In this document: positions 60,555-64,000 of the stretch, piece by piece
Layout of the letters: every line of letters begins with the position of its first letter
Numbering within the stretch: the first letter of the stretch is position 1
DNA from: a virus
Lineage: Duplodnaviria > Caudoviricetes
Length of the DNA: 64,000 nucleotides
IMG/VR virus record: IMGVR_UViG_3300000439_000004
Span: 98,181 to 162,180 of that record
Direction: 5' to 3' (one strand)
Made by a program: the position numbers and the translations under genes
The notes under the pieces: model-generated
The model's input: only the letters and a program-made list of their open reading frames with translations
The model's database searches: none
What the model was told of the DNA's origin: nothing

Positions 60555-61439
60555 ATGGAATATATATTTAAAGAAAGAATTAATGTTATTAGTTATAATT
60601 GTGTTTATATGATAAAAAATATTATAAACAACAAAGTTTATATTGGATCAACTATTAAATTAAAAAAAAGAATAATAGTTCATTTTAATTTATTAAAAAA
60701 TAAAAAACACACTAGCATAAAATTACAAAGATCTTGGAATAAACATGGTGAAGAGTCTTTTAGATTTTATATAATTGAAGAAAATATTGATATTAAATTT
60801 TTAATAGAAAGAGAACAATTTTACATTGATACTTATAATTCTGTAAAAAATGGGTTTAATTTAACACCAAAGGCAGGAACTACATTAGGAAATAAATGGT
60901 CTGAAGAATCAAAATTAACGTATTCTAAAATGAAAAAATCATTAGAGCTGGGTGAACCAGTAGTACAATATGATTTAAATGGAAATAAATTGAATGAATT
61001 TAAAAATATGAAAATTGCTGCACTTACAATAGGTTTAAAAAATTCTTCAAATATAGGTATGGTTTGTAGAAAAGAACGTAAAACTTTTGGTGGGTTTATA
61101 TGGGAATATAAAGATTTAGAAAAACAAAAAAAATATGGGGTTCATGAATTTAATAACAATTTTAAATTAGAATGTCCACATTGTAAAAATATTGATTTAA
61201 ATCGAGCTGGATTTGTTTATTTAAAAAATATAAAAAAACAAAATTATAAATGTAAAAATTGTTTAAAAAGATTTAGTGAGACTACTAATAACGGATTTCC
61301 ACCTAATTCTGACATAGAAAAACACAAACAAATAAGAGAACTAAAAGATAAACTAACTTATAAAGAAATTAGTGAAATTGTAAATTTACATCCAAACTCT
61401 GTATATCGAATAATAAAAAAATATATAATTAATGAATAA
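60555..61439 (+). CDS. GIY-YIG homing endonuclease with NUMOD1, Zn ribbon and HTH
   Basis: CVYMIKN..VYIGST..REQFYID; CPHC..CKNC. Confidence 0.88.
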   Translation: MEYIFKERINVISYNCVYMIKNIINNKVYIGSTIKLKKRIIVHFNLLKNKKHTSIKLQRSWNKHGEESFRFYIIEENIDIKFLIEREQFYIDTYNSVKNGFNLTPKAGTTLGNKWSEESKLTYSKMKKSLELGEPVVQYDLNGNKLNEFKNMKIAALTIGLKNSSNIGMVCRKERKTFGGFIWEYKDLEKQKKYGVHEFNNNFKLECPHCKNIDLNRAGFVYLKNIKKQNYKCKNCLKRFSETTNNGFPPNSDIEKHKQIRELKDKLTYKEISEIVNLHPNSVYRIIKKYIINE

Positions 61440-64000
61440 GTATAGAATATCAACTAATATTGGTAAAGATCAGTTTTTAACTATAAATTTGGAAAATTCT
61501 TATGACTTATTAGAAATACTTTCCCTAAAAATTAGTCAAACAGACGTATATAGATCATTTTGTAGTGATTATGGTGTTGTTGTTGGTAGAGTAACTGCAA
61601 ACAATGGATTTGGTGTACCAAATATAAGAGTTTCAATATTTGTACCATTAGATGATGTGGATGTTAATGATCCCGTAATTTCAGTTTTATACCCTTATAC
61701 CACAGTAGAAGATAAAGACGATAATAATTATCGTTATAATCTATTACCCTCAAGAAAACAACATGGAGGACATGAACCAACAGGAACATTTCCGGATCAA
61801 GAAGATATTTTAACTCGTGAAGAATATTTGGAAGTATTTGAAAAATATTATAAATATACAGTTAAAACAAATGATGCTGGTGATTTTATGATATGGGGAG
61901 TACCATTAGGTCAACAAACAATACATTTTGATGGGGATTTATCTGATATTGGTTGTTTTTCATTAAGACCCGATGATTTCATTAGACAAGGTAAAGGTGT
62001 CGATCAATTCAAAAACACATATCAATTTAAATCATCTGAAGATTTAGATTCACTTCCTCAAATTTTTAAATATAATAAAACAATACAAGTTTCACCATTT
62101 TGGGGAAATCAAGATATATGTCGAATTGGTATAACAAGAACTGATTTTGATTTATCCTCTATTGGTATAAGAATTAAACCGATGGCTTTAATAATTGGGG
62201 GAACATTTACTGATACAGGGAAACATTCAGTAAATAAAAATTGTATGCCCACAAAAGAAATGGGTAGAAAATGTACTTTATCTACAACTAAAGGTAAAAT
62301 TGAAGCAATACGTTTTACAACGGAAAAAGATGAATTAAATAGACCATATTTAGAAGAAGTTATTTTAAATGAAGACATTGGAGATGACGGTGCTTTTGCA
62401 TTTAGTATTGAGATGAATATGGATTATTTATATACGAATGAATTTGGTGAAAATGAATATACCAATGATCCAAATAAAGGTATACCAACCTCATCTTGTT
62501 ATCGTTTTAGGTTCACATTAAAAGATGAAGGATTGGCTAGAGTTAGGGCAAGAGCAAGTTTTTTAGTACCAAATATTAGAGAATTTAATGATGAAAATGG
62601 TATTGATTTAAATTCATATGCATGGACAACAGACTATTCAGGATATCCTTCAAATGGGATTTCTTTAATATTAAATAATTATGAAGGGTTTTATTATCCC
62701 CAAGATTATTTTTATAGATTTACATATAATAAAGTTTATACAGTTTCTTCATTCCACAGTAGATTACCTGGTGATATTACAAATAATAGTAATAAGTATG
62801 TCGGTATAAAAGATATTGTACCATCCGAAGAAAAAGATTGTATAAGTAGTGTTAACACATTACCAACAAATTTTGCAACAAAACATAGTGGATTAAATTT
62901 TAATATTTTAATAGGTACATTAGTTGCATTTATAACATTTGTTTTTGCTGTTATAAAATTAGTTGTTTTTGAATTTGTTGGTACATTTTTATATGATGTC
63001 GGAAAGGGATTATATGGAATATATTTTGGTTGGCCATTTAATTGGAGACCATTTGCCGCAATTGGTGAAAAATTTATAAATGCAGCCTTTAATGTATGTG
63101 TTGCTGGACAAAAAGTTTTACCATTAACAATTTATGATGATTGTGAATTATGTTCAGATGATGATACGTCATATACCACAGGATTTAATACGGGTGTTTA
63201 TGCAAAAATAGGTGAATTAAAATTTGATATTTTACAAACTTGGGTACCTAATACATCTAATTACATTATAGGAAATAGTATTAGTACTTTTAGAAATAAT
63301 GATACTGATTATATGTATTTGTTTTTAAGTACAGGTACGACTAGTTTAAATGAAGATATTAGTGGTAATACTTCCAATATTTTAACTAATACAAACGCAA
63401 GAGATTATTGTGTTTATTCTAGTTACACTGCATCCGGTTGTGTAAATAATGGTTCATATCAAATTTCACAAAGTGGTTACACATATTTAGGAAGTGCTGA
63501 AGAGTTTACCGACCCGGATAATGGTGAAGTTTTCCCAAGATTTTTTATTGATTTAGGTCTTTCTCCATCAGGATCACCAATTAATGAAGTTTCATATTAT
63601 CTTAATAATAAAGGTCCTATAGGTGGTATGGATCCAAATACAAATCAAACAAATCAAATTTATCTTGTTGAACAAAATGGTTACCCAAGTGGTTCAATAT
63701 TTGGTTTTTATAAAGGTAATGTTACTATATTAACTGAAGTTGCCATCAATAATGTCCCTTTAACAACTATTTATCCTGATGGTACACCATATATGATAAT
63801 TAGTAAAAATGATATGTTAAATTTATTTGGTATAACATTTAATGGTGATTCACCTAATAATGGAACAATAATAAGTGGAACAACATATGGTTATATTGAA
63901 GATAGAATGTTTAAAAAAACAAATAAACAATATACAGGTTCTACAATATTGGAAAGTTGTAACATATATAATAGATTATATGATAAATCTATAGCCGATG
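61432..64000 (+). CDS. Large putative structural protein (partial; runs off the window)
   Basis: Hand translation MNKYRISTNIG..GVVVGRVTANNGFGVPN..; follows the baseplate genes; openness to the window end inferred, not checked codon by codon. Confidence 0.7.
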   Translation, partial: MNKYRISTNIGKDQFLTINLENSYDLLEILSLKISQTDVYRSFCSDYGVVVGRVTANNGFGVPNIRVSIFVPLDDVDVNDPVISVLYPYTTVEDKDDNNYRYNLLPSRKQHGGHEPTGTFPDQEDILTREEYLEVFEKYYKYTVKTNDAGDFMIWGVPLGQQTIHFDGDLSDIGCFSLRPDDFIRQGKGVDQFKNTYQFKSSEDLDSLPQIFKYNKTIQVSPFWGNQDICRIGITRTDFDLSSIGIRIKPMALIIGGTFTDTGKHSVNKNCMPTKEMGRKCTLSTTKGKIEAIRFTTEKDELNRPYLEEVILNEDIGDDGAFAFSIEMNMDYLYTNEFGENEYTNDPNKGIPTSSCYRFRFTLKDEGLARVRARASFLVPNIREFNDENGIDLNSYAWTTDYSGYPSNGISLILNNYEGFYYPQDYFYRFTYNKVYTVSSFHSRLPGDITNNSNKYVGIKDIVPSEEKDCISSVNTLPTNFATKHSGLNFNILIGTLVAFITFVFAVIKLVVFEFVGTFLYDVGKGLYGIYFGWPFNWRPFAAIGEKFINAAFNVCVAGQKVLPLTIYDDCELCSDDDTSYTTGFNTGVYAKIGELKFDILQTWVPNTSNYIIGNSISTFRNNDTDYMYLFLSTGTTSLNEDISGNTSNILTNTNARDYCVYSSYTASGCVNNGSYQISQSGYTYLGSAEEFTDPDNGEVFPRFFIDLGLSPSGSPINEVSYYLNNKGPIGGMDPNTNQTNQIYLVEQNGYPSGSIFGFYKGNVTILTEVAINNVPLTTIYPDGTPYMIISKNDMLNLFGITFNGDSPNNGTIISGTTYGYIEDRMFKKTNKQYTGSTILESCNIYNRLYDKSIAD

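Noticed and set aside
1-64000. tRNA/rRNA genes, reverse transcriptase or diversity-generating retroelement
   Set aside because: Intergenic gaps are short and AT-rich, and I saw no cloverleaf, RT motif or template/variable repeat pair; a tRNAscan or Infernal run would be needed to exclude small RNAs

Overview
This is a very AT-rich fragment of a large (jumbo-type) myovirus-like phage genome read in standard code 11. The host is probably Bacteroidota, based on TTTG-N20-TAnnTTTG promoters and A-rich leaders without Shine-Dalgarno sites. Replication and nucleotide genes (family B DNA polymerase, SNF2 helicase, gp32-like SSB, RecA-like, 5'-3' exonuclease, DnaB, class Ia NrdB/NrdA, dUTPase) are interleaved with a contractile-tail module (neck, terminator, sheath, tube, chaperone, tape measure, baseplate). 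The window is heavily colonised by selfish elements: 4 cis-inteins, 3 naturally split inteins, 7 free-standing endonuclease genes and a solo TnpB. Highlights: (1) NrdA is encoded as three separate ORFs that need two mutually orthogonal split inteins to be rejoined, with a free-standing endonuclease in each break, and dUTPase is broken the same way. (2) Three free-standing endonucleases sit in the 5' or 3' tips of structural genes, each with an intact, diverged copy of the gene end on one side and a truncated relic on the other. (3) There is a probable +1 (or -2) programmed frameshift at UUU_UUU_CGU in the gene upstream of the tape measure. (4) A 15-bp tandem array lies between a promoter-like motif and a bidirectional terminator. 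All family assignments come from motif recognition by eye; no database searches were run.
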